From NCBI GenBank assembly GCA_016200205.1, contig JACQFF010000060.1:1-63795 (forward strand): a stretch of 63,795 nucleotides of DNA, written 5' to 3'. Source of the stretch: Planctomycetia bacterium. Its GTDB lineage: Bacteria > Planctomycetota > Planctomycetia > Pirellulales > PALSA-1355. The notes beneath the pieces were generated by a model. That model ran no database searches, was not told where the DNA came from, and saw nothing but the letters and a program-made list of their open reading frames with translations. Positions 16,843-25,433 of the stretch are shown here, piece after piece (position 1 is the first letter of the stretch; each line of letters starts with the position of its first letter). The position numbers were made by a program, and so were the translations under genes.

Positions 16843-17223
16843 ATGCCGCGCTACGTCATTTTGCGTCACGAACTTCCGCACAGCGACGTGCGCGGCTTGC
16901 ATTGGGATCTGATGTTGGAATCGGGCGCAGCGCTGCGCACCTGGGCGCTCGATGGCGAGCCGATCTCATCTGCGGAAATTGCCGCCGAGCAATTGCCCGA
17001 CCACCGTCTGGCCTATCTGGACTACGAGGGAGCAATCTCCGGAAACCGCGGCTTCGTGACCCGTTGGGATGCCGGCGATTATCGACTGGAGAACGCCACG
17101 CAGGACGAAGTAAAGATTGTCGTGCGCGGGACGCGGCTCAACGGCTCACTTACTCTCAGCCGGCAGCCGGGCGAGACTCACTCTTGGCGAGTGTCTTTTT
17201 TCCCGGTGCCGACCAGCGGCTGA
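16843..17223 (+). CDS. Stand-alone LigD 3'-phosphoesterase-like (DNA polymerase/ligase N-terminal, LigD_N) domain protein
   Basis: RYVILRHELP...LHWDLMLE..GALRTWAL...DHRLAYLDYEGAIS...G.V.RWDAGDY follows the LigD PE-domain pattern (FVIQ.H..S..HYDFRLE..G.L.SWAV...DHPL.Y..FEG). Confidence 0.7.
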   Translation: MPRYVILRHELPHSDVRGLHWDLMLESGAALRTWALDGEPISSAEIAAEQLPDHRLAYLDYEGAISGNRGFVTRWDAGDYRLENATQDEVKIVVRGTRLNGSLTLSRQPGETHSWRVSFFPVPTSG

Positions 17224-17966
17224 GTCCCGACGGGCTCGTCCGCGCGTGCGGTTGGAGGGCCGGCGGGCTGGGAGTCATCGGGACTCTGGCTGCTATCGCC
17301 GCGGGCAATCGTGCCGGCCAGAAAGAGCTCGCCCTGCCGCAATTCGACGGCTTGCAGCGTAAGAACTTCGGAACCCGCGACCTGGAACTTTGAGAATGTG
17401 ATCAGCGCGACGGGATCGCCGTGCGTTTTGCGCCATTCCAATCGTAAATTGAGTTGGCGGGCGGCGTGCGAAATGCCATCGAGCACGAGCCCCAGTGGAA
17501 CTGGTAGCGCGCCTGCCCGGGCGCGACGGATACGCAGCGCCAACACGTTCGGCTCCTGCAAGTAGGCGTCAACCGTCAACGAGAGGACGGAAGCCACCTC
17601 GCCGCCTCCGTGCCGACAGGCGATCGTGGCTTCGTTGTCGCGGATTACGATGCGCGGGTCGTGCAATTCACCGTGCATTAAATCCGGATAGTTCTTGGCC
17701 AACTCCAGCGCCAACCAGGCGTTGATTTGCTCGACGGTGAACAAGCTTTGCCAGCGGCCAGCGCGGTGCAAATCACTGGCTAGCGCCGCGGCGTGGGCGA
17801 CGAATTCGTCGCGGGCTTGTTGCTGATCGTCGGGATCGCGCGAAATAGCCTCCCGGTAGAACTCGGGCACTTGCTGCGACGCTTCATAAACCGAAAACAG
17901 CGATACGCCGGCCACGATCACCGCGACTGCGGCCACGATGCCCGCGATTTTGAGCAACTTGCGCAT
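17178..17966 (-). CDS. Hypothetical single-pass membrane protein
   Basis: MRKLLKIAGIVAAVAVIVAGVSLF is a TM anchor. The ORF is otherwise clean. It converges on the LigD_N-like gene and overlaps it by 46 nt. Confidence 0.6.
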   Translation of the reverse strand: MRKLLKIAGIVAAVAVIVAGVSLFSVYEASQQVPEFYREAISRDPDDQQQARDEFVAHAAALASDLHRAGRWQSLFTVEQINAWLALELAKNYPDLMHGELHDPRIVIRDNEATIACRHGGGEVASVLSLTVDAYLQEPNVLALRIRRARAGALPVPLGLVLDGISHAARQLNLRLEWRKTHGDPVALITFSKFQVAGSEVLTLQAVELRQGELFLAGTIARGDSSQSPDDSQPAGPPTARADEPVGTQPLVGTGKKDTRQE

Positions 17967-18060
17967 AAGCGCTAGCTCTGACAGATAGAAACTGGGGACC
18001 ACGAAGTCGCGGAATATTAGAAGCCGCGGCGCGAAGCGTCAACGTGAATCCGGGCAATTT

Positions 18061-18117
18061 CACGGAAGAGGGATTGCTTCACGAAAGAGGGATTGCTTCA
18101 CGGAAGAGGGATTGCCC
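18061..18117. repeat. Three contiguous direct copies of a 19-nt unit cacgRaagagggattgcYY
   Basis: Read directly: cacggaagagggattgctt / cacgaaagagggattgctt / cacggaagagggattgccc. The array is preceded by gggcaat (18051-18057), the inverted form of attgccc. Confidence 0.9.
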
Positions 18118-18736
18118 AGTTTGCTGCCAGTGCCAGCATCGAATCACACCAATCCGATGAACAGGCAAACAGGTGCGATTAGTCGCGGGCCGCATGCCGT
18201 CGGAAATGCCACAAACGCGACAAGAATTTTGGGCCAACAGGCAAATGGAAACAAACGCCCACCACGTGGGGTAAACATTATCGCCACCTCGCTTAGGAGT
18301 GGTTGCCGGCGAGTGCGCGCGGGGGGTATATGCCACGACAATCGCAAACATGCTCCCCTGTGGCGGCAACGATTCGACGCTTGAGCAACGCAGAGAACAG
18401 CAGGGGGCTAGCCGCTGGGCCGGGTCATCGATTTACCCTGAATGTGCGGCTTGTTCGCAGGGTTCAACGAGCACAAACAAGGAAAAAATCGGCCCGGATG
18501 CGGGAAAGTAATTCCATTTTCCGAGGCACTTCGTTACAATGTTCGCAGGTCTAAGCGGTTTGATTCGTGCGGCGCAAGGCACTTGTCCACGTTCTGTGGG
18601 AGGGCCGCACGTCTCTGACGCAAAGCAAGATTCTCATCTCGGCTGTCAATCTGGCAAGTTTACTAGCTAGCGACTTACCCCTCGGAGTGTCTCCCGGGGA
18701 AGCGTAATTTCATTGATTCCAATTCCCGGCATGAAC

Positions 18737-18770
18737 CGGAGTGGTTACCGCTCCGTTTTGTTTAGCTTTT
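18737..18770 (+). terminator. Terminator/attenuator-like hairpin immediately upstream of the arsR-like start codon
   Basis: An 8-bp stem CGGAGTGG/CCGCTCCG (one G-U pair) with a 3-nt loop, followed by ttttgtttagcttttt. The SD-like GAGGA and ATG 18783 follow directly. Confidence 0.4.
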
Positions 18771-18782
18771 TCGAGGACGATC

Positions 18783-19202
18783 ATGGTGAAGCTTCTCACC
18801 CCGGAAAATGGCACTGACCTAAATAGCGAAACGCGCATCGAAACGCCCGACCTCGGCGGATTAGCTGTTCCCGACGACCTGGTGAACAACTTAGTGCGCT
18901 TGTTTAAGCTCCTATCCGACGAAACCCGGCTGCGGATTCTTTACTATCTCACGCAGCGCAGCGAACTGCACGTGCGGGCTCTTTGCGAGTTGCTCAATGA
19001 GAGCCAGCCGGCCGTCAGCCATCATCTGGCCTTGCTGCGCGTGGCGGGCCTGATCGAGCGCCGCCGCGAAGGCAAGCACAATTTTTATGGGCTCAAGACG
19101 CGACAGTTTTACGCGCTTTTGGACATGCTGTTTGCCACCATGCCCGATGGAACCCGCCGGATCCGGCTCGACGACTACCTGCTGACGCACGCCCCGGCCT
19201 AA
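18783..19202 (+). CDS. ArsR/SmtB family transcriptional regulator
   Basis: LFKLLSDETRLRILYYLTQRSELHVRALCELLNESQPAVSHHLALLRVAGLIERRREGKHNFY is the canonical ArsR wHTH. Confidence 0.85.
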   Translation: MVKLLTPENGTDLNSETRIETPDLGGLAVPDDLVNNLVRLFKLLSDETRLRILYYLTQRSELHVRALCELLNESQPAVSHHLALLRVAGLIERRREGKHNFYGLKTRQFYALLDMLFATMPDGTRRIRLDDYLLTHAPA

Positions 19203-19335
19203 GCGGTTGCGCCGAAGGTCGGTCAGTCTACGGCCGGGTGCCACGTTCACTCTTGCGTGAGCATGACACCAATCATCGGCCAAAAAGCAGTCGGCGTGGA
19301 GTTCTATTCCCGAAGCACCCGAATGAAAAAACGGA

Positions 19336-19914
19336 CTACGGTTTGTCGCCGCCTGGCTCCTCGTCGAGCAATTCGGCCACAAGTTGTCCGACTTGCTCGT
19401 ACGTAAACGCTTCGGCCTTGCTCTTGGCCTGCTCGTTGTCGAAACGTTTGCGCAGCTGGCCCGTGCGATCGTACACGAACACCGCGGGCACGGCCGCCAA
19501 CTTGAATTTGCGGTACAGCACGTCCGATTCCTCGTTCGACATCAGATTGTCGAACGTCGCTCTCTCTCCCCGCAAAAACTTGAGCACGCGATCCTGCTGC
19601 TCTTGCGGCGTCCCGATGCCCTCATAGTCAAAACTGAGCGAAATGCAGGCCACCTTGTCGGGCCCGTATTTCTTGTGCAATTCGACAAGATTGTGGAATT
19701 CCTTGATGCACGGCGGACAGGACGTGCTCCAGGCGTCCATCACCACCACACGGCCCCGATTGCGGGCGATGTGCTCTTGAATGCCTTCAAAGCTGACAAT
19801 CGACAGTTGCACGTCGCCGGGCGTTTCCGCGGGCGGGCCGGTAGTGGCCGACGATCCGCAGCCGCCCAACACGAGCACGAACAACAATAGGTTGGTTAGT
19901 TTCACGAGTGTCAT
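19336..19914 (-). CDS. TlpA-like thiol:disulfide oxidoreductase lipoprotein (thioredoxin fold)
   Basis: Lipobox LVLGGCGSS and an active site WSTSCPPC. The redoxin-like layout is VVVMDAW..C..C...F..L..L..KY. Confidence 0.85.
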   Translation of the reverse strand: MTLVKLTNLLLFVLVLGGCGSSATTGPPAETPGDVQLSIVSFEGIQEHIARNRGRVVVMDAWSTSCPPCIKEFHNLVELHKKYGPDKVACISLSFDYEGIGTPQEQQDRVLKFLRGERATFDNLMSNEESDVLYRKFKLAAVPAVFVYDRTGQLRKRFDNEQAKSKAEAFTYEQVGQLVAELLDEEPGGDKP

Positions 19915-19977
19915 TTCGGGTCCATTGGCCGCGGGACGGGTCGGTCGACATCCGCAACGAGAATTTGTGCAACAAAC

Positions 19978-20062
19978 CCCTCTCCCTTTGGGAGAGGGTA
20001 GGGTGAGGGTCTTTGCTTTTTTCGGGGAGCCCTCACCCCGGCCCTCTCCCAGCGGGAGAGGG
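19978..20062. repeat. Compound-palindrome interspersed repeat, copy 1
   Basis: The parts are ccctctccc-ttt-gggagaggg, agggtgaggg, a 20-nt spacer, ccctcacccc, then ccctctccc-agc-gggagaggg. It has the same architecture as the copies at 30507 and 59779. Confidence 0.85.
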
Positions 20063-20152
20063 AGAAGATTAAGTTTAACCGCCGGCCGGGTCCGTGGTCA
20101 AAACAGCCCGGGCGATTGCATCCTTGGCGGATGCCCCCTACGATCATTTGCG

Positions 20153-20653
20153 ATGGCGGATTTCATCCATGAGCGTCATAAACCGCCCAGCGGTTTGGAG
20201 CGGCCGCGCGAGCTGATCGTGGCTTGCGTGCCGTTGCGCAGTAACATTAACCTGTCGCGAATAGTGCGCGTGGCGAGCTGCTCCGGCGTCTCGAAAATAA
20301 TCGCCTGCGGCACGGCTAAAGTCATTAGCAAGATCGCGCGGGACGGCGCCGATGCGATCGAAATCGAGGTTCACCGCACTCTGCCGCCCGTGCTCAAAGA
20401 GCTGAAGCGCGAGGGCTACCAGTTGGTTGGACTGGAGCAGACAACCCGCTCCGAAAACCTGCACATTTTCCAATTCGAACGCAAAACCGTGCTGGTGGTC
20501 GGGAACGAGCGGTCGGGCCTGACCGAGGACCTGCTGGCTCTGCTGGACCAGGTGGTCGAAATCCCCGTCTACGGGTTGCCGTACAGCTATAACGTCGCCA
20601 CGGCCGCAACGATGGCCCTGTATGAGTATTGCCGGCAGTTTCCGCGCGGGTGA
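20153..20653 (+). CDS. SpoU/TrmH family RNA 2'-O-methyltransferase
   Basis: NLSRIVRVASCSGVSKII...VLVVGNERSGLTEDLLALLDQVVEIPVYGLPYSYNVATAATMALYEY carries the SpoU motifs. Start ATG 20153 was chosen because the longer ORF reads through repeat copy 1. Confidence 0.85.
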   Translation: MADFIHERHKPPSGLERPRELIVACVPLRSNINLSRIVRVASCSGVSKIIACGTAKVISKIARDGADAIEIEVHRTLPPVLKELKREGYQLVGLEQTTRSENLHIFQFERKTVLVVGNERSGLTEDLLALLDQVVEIPVYGLPYSYNVATAATMALYEYCRQFPRG

Positions 20654-20775
20654 GTGCCGCCGGGTGACGCCAACAGCGTCGAGATTCTTGCTCCCGGCCC
20701 CCAAATACAGCTCGGTCCGCGCCGAATAACCAATTGGTCGGAACCCGCCACAGCCGTTTTTGGAGGAATCAAACC

Positions 20776-21024
20776 ATGACCGCCCCGACGAAACCTGCCC
20801 GCCAATCTGTTTTGAAAACGCTTTGCGATGCGGAGGAGTCTCCGGAAGGCATCCTAATTGTGGCCGTTCTTGCCAGCACGGCGATGCTGATCGCGGTGGC
20901 GGCATTCCTCCACGACACATTTCTGCTCATCCCATCATTGCCCTTAATGGCGGGCTTGCGCGCTTACCACCTGAGACGCACCCGGCCGATGCAAGATACT
21001 CCGGAGAAACCCGCCTCCGGCTGA
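20776..21024 (+). CDS. Small hypothetical membrane protein (82 aa)
   Basis: ATG 20776 is preceded by GGAGG at 9 nt. There are two hydrophobic segments (ILIVAVLASTAMLIAVAAFL and LLIPSLPLMAGL). Confidence 0.45.
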   Translation: MTAPTKPARQSVLKTLCDAEESPEGILIVAVLASTAMLIAVAAFLHDTFLLIPSLPLMAGLRAYHLRRTRPMQDTPEKPASG

Positions 21025-21138
21025 CCCCCAGGGGGGCAGATTCGACAGGCAGATTCGGCACCTTGACTGGCCTGTTGGCCCAGCCCTAAACTTGTAAGTT
21101 TGGACGCCGTCCATAATTGCAACTTGGGCGTCCATGAC

Positions 21139-22473
21139 ATGGAACCCGATTTATTGCTCAATGAGGTTGCGGCGGTGAGCGTTACTTGCGTGATTGGTTT
21201 GCAATGGGGGGACGAGGCCAAGGGAAAACTCGTCGATCTGCTGACCGACGAGCATGAGATCGTCGTCCGCTATCAAGGCGGCAGCAACGCGGGGCACACG
21301 GTTGTCACCGGCGGGCAGACCTACAAGCTTTCGCTGATTCCCAGCGGAATCTTGAGCCCCAATGTGCAGTGCGTCGTCACCGGTGGCGTGGTGCTCAATC
21401 CGGCCAGCATCTTGCAGGAAATCGACGCCCTGGTCGCGCGCGGCATCAAGGTCGGCAAGAACCTGATGCTCAGCGATCGGGCCCACGTGATCTTCCCCTG
21501 GCATATCGCCGAAGACAGAGCGCTCGATAAGAGCTGCTCCAGCGGAGAAAACATCGGCACCACGATGCGCGGCATCGGGCCCTGCTATGGCGACAAGGTG
21601 GCCCGCTCGTTCGCGGTGCGGCTGGGCGATCTGTATCGCGACAATTTCCGCGAGCGGCTGGAATACATCACCGCCGCTAAAAATCGCTCGTTGGTCAGCC
21701 TGAACGGCCAGACCGGCCACACGCAGCTCGATGCCGAGGCGATTGCCCGAGAATATGCCAGTTATGCCAAACGGCTCGCGCCCTACGTAGGTGACACCAC
21801 GGCGTATCTGCTCGATGCCGTCGAGGCCGGCCGGCGAGTGTTGTTGGAAGGAGCCCAGGGGGCGCTGTTGGACGTCGACCATGGGACGTTTCCGTTCGTG
21901 ACCAGCAGCAACAGTTCCGGCGTGGGCGTGTCGAGCGGATCCGGCCTGCCGGGCCGCTGGATAACCAAAGTCATTGGCGTAGTCAAAGCCTATTCGACTC
22001 GCGTCGGAGGTGGGCCGTTTCCCACCGAACAAGACAATGAAATTGGCCAGCACATTCGAGATCGGGGCAACGAGTACGGCACCGTCACCCGCCGGCCGCG
22101 GCGCTGCGGCTGGTTCGATGCCGTGGCGGTTCGCTATACGGCCCGGTTGAGTGGCGTTGACGCCTTGGCCGTGATGTTGCTCGATGTGTTGAGCGAATTG
22201 CCGGACTTAAAGATTTGCACCGCCTATGAGATCGACGGGCGGCGGATAACCAATTTTCCCAGCCACGTCGAGGATCTGCGGCGGTCCGTGCCCGTGTATG
22301 AGACAATGCCGGGTTGGCAACAAGACATTACGAAGATCCGCAAGATGGCCGACTTGCCGTTGGCCGCCCGCAAGTATCTGGATCGTTTGAGCCAGTTGAT
22401 CGCACGGCCCGTCGAGGTGGTCTCCATTGGGCCGGATCGGGAGCAGACGATTTTCGCTCGGCCGAAAAGCTGA
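21139..22473 (+). CDS. purA: Adenylosuccinate synthetase
   Basis: Motifs QWGDEAKGK, GGSNAGHTV, TTMRGIGPCY and a full-length match in layout. The start is uncertain. GTG 21175, with GAGG 9 nt upstream, would give the more usual short N-terminus. Confidence 0.9.
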   Translation: MEPDLLLNEVAAVSVTCVIGLQWGDEAKGKLVDLLTDEHEIVVRYQGGSNAGHTVVTGGQTYKLSLIPSGILSPNVQCVVTGGVVLNPASILQEIDALVARGIKVGKNLMLSDRAHVIFPWHIAEDRALDKSCSSGENIGTTMRGIGPCYGDKVARSFAVRLGDLYRDNFRERLEYITAAKNRSLVSLNGQTGHTQLDAEAIAREYASYAKRLAPYVGDTTAYLLDAVEAGRRVLLEGAQGALLDVDHGTFPFVTSSNSSGVGVSSGSGLPGRWITKVIGVVKAYSTRVGGGPFPTEQDNEIGQHIRDRGNEYGTVTRRPRRCGWFDAVAVRYTARLSGVDALAVMLLDVLSELPDLKICTAYEIDGRRITNFPSHVEDLRRSVPVYETMPGWQQDITKIRKMADLPLAARKYLDRLSQLIARPVEVVSIGPDREQTIFARPKS

Positions 22474-22520
22474 CGCGAGAGCGTGAGTTTTCTCAATCTT
22501 TTTTGTCGTGGGCAAAACGC

Positions 22521-23276
22521 GTGACTGAGCCATCGACGACCACTGCTGCCGAGACCTTGGGCGTGCCCTTGGAGGCACGGCCCAAGCACATCGCCGTCAT
22601 CATGGATGGAAATGGCCGCTGGGCGCAGCGCCAGGGCTTGCCGCGGATCGAGGGTCATCGCCGCGGCGTGGCCAGCGTGCGCTGCGTCACCGAAGAGTGC
22701 GCACGGCTCGACATCGAGCAACTGACGCTGTACTGCCTGTCGAGCGAGAATTGGAAGCGCCCGCAGCACGAGCTCGAGTTTCTCATGCACCTGCTCGAGC
22801 AGTACATGATCGAAGAGCGCTCGACGATCATGGAGCAAAATATCCGCGTCAGCGTGATCGGCAGGCCGAACGACATCCCGGCGGCGGTGCAACGAGAAAT
22901 GCAGAAAACGATCGAGATGAGCGCGCCCAATTCGGGCATGCGGCTCTGCCTGGCGATCAACTATGGCAGCCGGTCGGAGTTGGTCGACGCGATTCGAGAA
23001 ATCGCGGCCGCAGTGAAGGCCGGCCAGCTCAATCAGGCCGACATCGACGAACTCACGATCGGCCAACATCTCTACACGGCCGGTATGCCCGACCCGGATT
23101 TGTTGATTCGCACGGCGGGCGAAATGCGCGTCAGCAACTTTCTGCTGTGGCAAATCAGCTACGCGGAAATCTGGGTGACGGACCAATGCTGGCCGGAATT
23201 TCGCGAAAGCGATTTGCACCAGGCGATCCGCGATTACGCGGGCCGCGACCGGCGATTCGGCGGCTTGACCGGATAA
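22521..23276 (+). CDS. uppS: Undecaprenyl diphosphate synthase (cis-prenyltransferase)
   Basis: Motifs HIAVIMDGNGRWA, SSENWKRP and RTAGEMRVSNFLLWQISYAE. There is no ATG after the purA stop, so GTG 22521 is used (TTG 22503 is also possible). Confidence 0.88.
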   Translation: MTEPSTTTAAETLGVPLEARPKHIAVIMDGNGRWAQRQGLPRIEGHRRGVASVRCVTEECARLDIEQLTLYCLSSENWKRPQHELEFLMHLLEQYMIEERSTIMEQNIRVSVIGRPNDIPAAVQREMQKTIEMSAPNSGMRLCLAINYGSRSELVDAIREIAAAVKAGQLNQADIDELTIGQHLYTAGMPDPDLLIRTAGEMRVSNFLLWQISYAEIWVTDQCWPEFRESDLHQAIRDYAGRDRRFGGLTG

Positions 23277-23295
23277 ACAAAAACCGGAGTGAACA

Positions 23296-24177
23296 TTGCT
23301 GCGCTGGCGTATCGTTTTAGGGGCTCTGTTGATCGCAGCGCTCGTCGGGCTGCTGTGGCTTGACGCTCTTACCACGCCCCCCGGTGCGTGGATGTTCTTT
23401 GTCGCGCTGGCGATCGGACTGGCCGCCGCTCAGGAGGTCGTCGCCTTGTTCGCCGTTGCGGGTTATCACCCGTTATCGGGCGTGATCTATGGCGGGACCC
23501 TGTTGGTGATCGGCAGCAACGCGATTCCGCTCTTTTTTCGGCCGGTGCCGGACGATCGGCCGCTGGAGCGGCTCGGTTGGCCGCTGTTGGCGTTCGCCGC
23601 CAGTTTGATAGCGGCGTTCGTCGGCGAGATCCGGCGCTATCGCCAGCCCGGCGGCGTGATGGTCAACGTCGCGCTTGTCAGCTTTGCGGTGGCCTACGTG
23701 GGGGTGCTGTTAAGCTTTTCGCTGCAACTGCGGGTGCTCGGCGGGCCGGCGTCAGGCATGGTGGCACTGGTAGCGCTGCTTGTGGCTGTAAAACTTGGGG
23801 ATATCGGCGCTTACACCGTCGGTCGGCTGCTGGGTCGACACAAAATGGCTCCCTCTATCAGCCCGGGTAAAACTCTTGAAGGAGCCGCCGGAGCGCTGGT
23901 TTTTGGCTGCTTGGGAGCATGGTTTTCGCTGGTCTGTGGGCCGCCCTGGATGGGGTCGAGCGTAACGCAGCCTGCGCTGGGCTGGGTTGCGTTCGGCGTG
24001 GCAGTGAGTGGGGCCGGCATATTGGGCGATCTGGCCGAGTCATTGTTTAAACGCGACATGGGCTCGAAGGATTCTAGTTCGTGGCTGCCCGGTTTCGGCG
24101 GTGTACTCGATTTGCTCGATTCGATCCTGTTCGCGGCTCCAGTGGCCTACCTGTGTTGGCTTCTGGGAATGCTTTGA
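23296..24177 (+). CDS. cdsA: Phosphatidate cytidylyltransferase
   Basis: Multi-TM protein with the CDS signature region SLFKRDMGSKDSSSWLPGFGGVLDLLDS. It follows uppS, as in many bacteria. Confidence 0.88.
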   Translation: MLRWRIVLGALLIAALVGLLWLDALTTPPGAWMFFVALAIGLAAAQEVVALFAVAGYHPLSGVIYGGTLLVIGSNAIPLFFRPVPDDRPLERLGWPLLAFAASLIAAFVGEIRRYRQPGGVMVNVALVSFAVAYVGVLLSFSLQLRVLGGPASGMVALVALLVAVKLGDIGAYTVGRLLGRHKMAPSISPGKTLEGAAGALVFGCLGAWFSLVCGPPWMGSSVTQPALGWVAFGVAVSGAGILGDLAESLFKRDMGSKDSSSWLPGFGGVLDLLDSILFAAPVAYLCWLLGML

Positions 24178-24464
24178 CGACTGATTTGTAACGCCGGAAG
24201 ACGGCCCAATACTCCCGCACGTGGCAGCCGCACCACCCCCCGCATGTGGCGGTAATGTGCTATAATTATGTTTGGAATCGACTGCCTACTCTGGGATTCC
24301 TGGATTCTCCAAATTGCCTGGCTGCCGCGTTAGTCGAACGGTCCGCGGCGGTCAGGGCGACCGGTCGAAATCCCTTCCGTCGCGCCGGGCGCATTCGCTA
24401 TAGTTAAGTAATTGACTGATTTGAAGTTTAGTGGCGTGCGGCCAGCGTGCCGCCGCTCGCTTGA

Positions 24465-25415
24465 ATGTCTGAAGCCACTATTCCGCTGGTCGACGCCAAG
24501 TCGCTGTTGACTCTGTTCGGAACCCGCGACCAGCATCTCCGCAAGATCCGTGATTCTCTCGGCGTCTCCGTCTCCAGTCGCAACGACCGGATCCACATTG
24601 AAGGCCAGGAAGAAGCCGTGGCCCATGCGACGGAGGTCTTTGAGCAATTGAAGGATCTGGCCGCGCGCTATGGCACGCTCTCGCCCGACGAGGTGTCCCA
24701 GGTCTTGGCAAAGGTGACGGGCAAGTCGGAGGACGGGGAGCATGTGGGCATTGAATTGCAATTCGCCGGCCGGCCCGTCCGCCCCCGCACCGCCGGTCAG
24801 GCTCGGTATGTAGCGGCGATCCGCGATCATGACCTGGTGTTTTGCGTCGGCCCGGCGGGCACCGGCAAGACGTACCTGGCCGTGGCCATGGCGGTACAGG
24901 CGCTGAAACAGGAAATCATCCGCAAGATTGTGTTGGTTCGCCCCGCCGTGGAAGCGGGCGAAAGCCTCGGTTTTCTGCCGGGGGACTTGCAGGCCAAAAT
25001 CAATCCGTACCTCCGCCCGCTGCTGGACGCGCTGCGCGAAATGATGGATTACGATCAGATCAAACGCTACACCGAACAAGATCTCATCGAGATGATTCCG
25101 CTGGCTTACATGCGTGGGCGGACGCTTAACGAGGCGTTTGTTATTTTGGACGAGGCCCAGAATACGACCGTGGCCCAGATGAAAATGTTTTTGACTCGCA
25201 TGGGGCTGGGCACCAAAATGGTCGTCTCGGGAGACACGACGCAAGTCGACTTGCCGTCGCATACGCGCAGCGGGTTGATTGACGCGGTCACCCGGTTGCG
25301 GGGAATCGAAGGTTTTTGCCAGGTCGCCTTGGGCAACGCAGACATCGTGCGCCATCGGCTGGTCCAGGACATTGTCCGCGCCTATGAAGAAGAGGAGCCG
25401 AGGAAGCGGCGCTAG
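24465..25415 (+). CDS. phoH: PhoH-like ATPase
   Basis: Walker A GPAGTGKTYLAVA, then RPAVEAGESLGFLPGDL and ILDEAQNTT. Confidence 0.9.
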   Translation: MSEATIPLVDAKSLLTLFGTRDQHLRKIRDSLGVSVSSRNDRIHIEGQEEAVAHATEVFEQLKDLAARYGTLSPDEVSQVLAKVTGKSEDGEHVGIELQFAGRPVRPRTAGQARYVAAIRDHDLVFCVGPAGTGKTYLAVAMAVQALKQEIIRKIVLVRPAVEAGESLGFLPGDLQAKINPYLRPLLDALREMMDYDQIKRYTEQDLIEMIPLAYMRGRTLNEAFVILDEAQNTTVAQMKMFLTRMGLGTKMVVSGDTTQVDLPSHTRSGLIDAVTRLRGIEGFCQVALGNADIVRHRLVQDIVRAYEEEEPRKRR

Positions 25416-25433
25416 GACGCCCGCCCGCAGACC

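Noticed and set aside
18061-18117. Possible CRISPR array
   Set aside because: The three 19-nt repeats are contiguous with no spacers. They are too short, and no cas genes are present.
19781-20152. N-terminal extensions of the SpoU gene (from 19781), the rpsA gene (from 59804) and the LptE-like gene (from 30463)
   Set aside because: The extensions read through the palindromic repeat copies, giving PLPKGEG / PSPSGRGR peptides. They add no homologous sequence. Internal starts give normal-length proteins.
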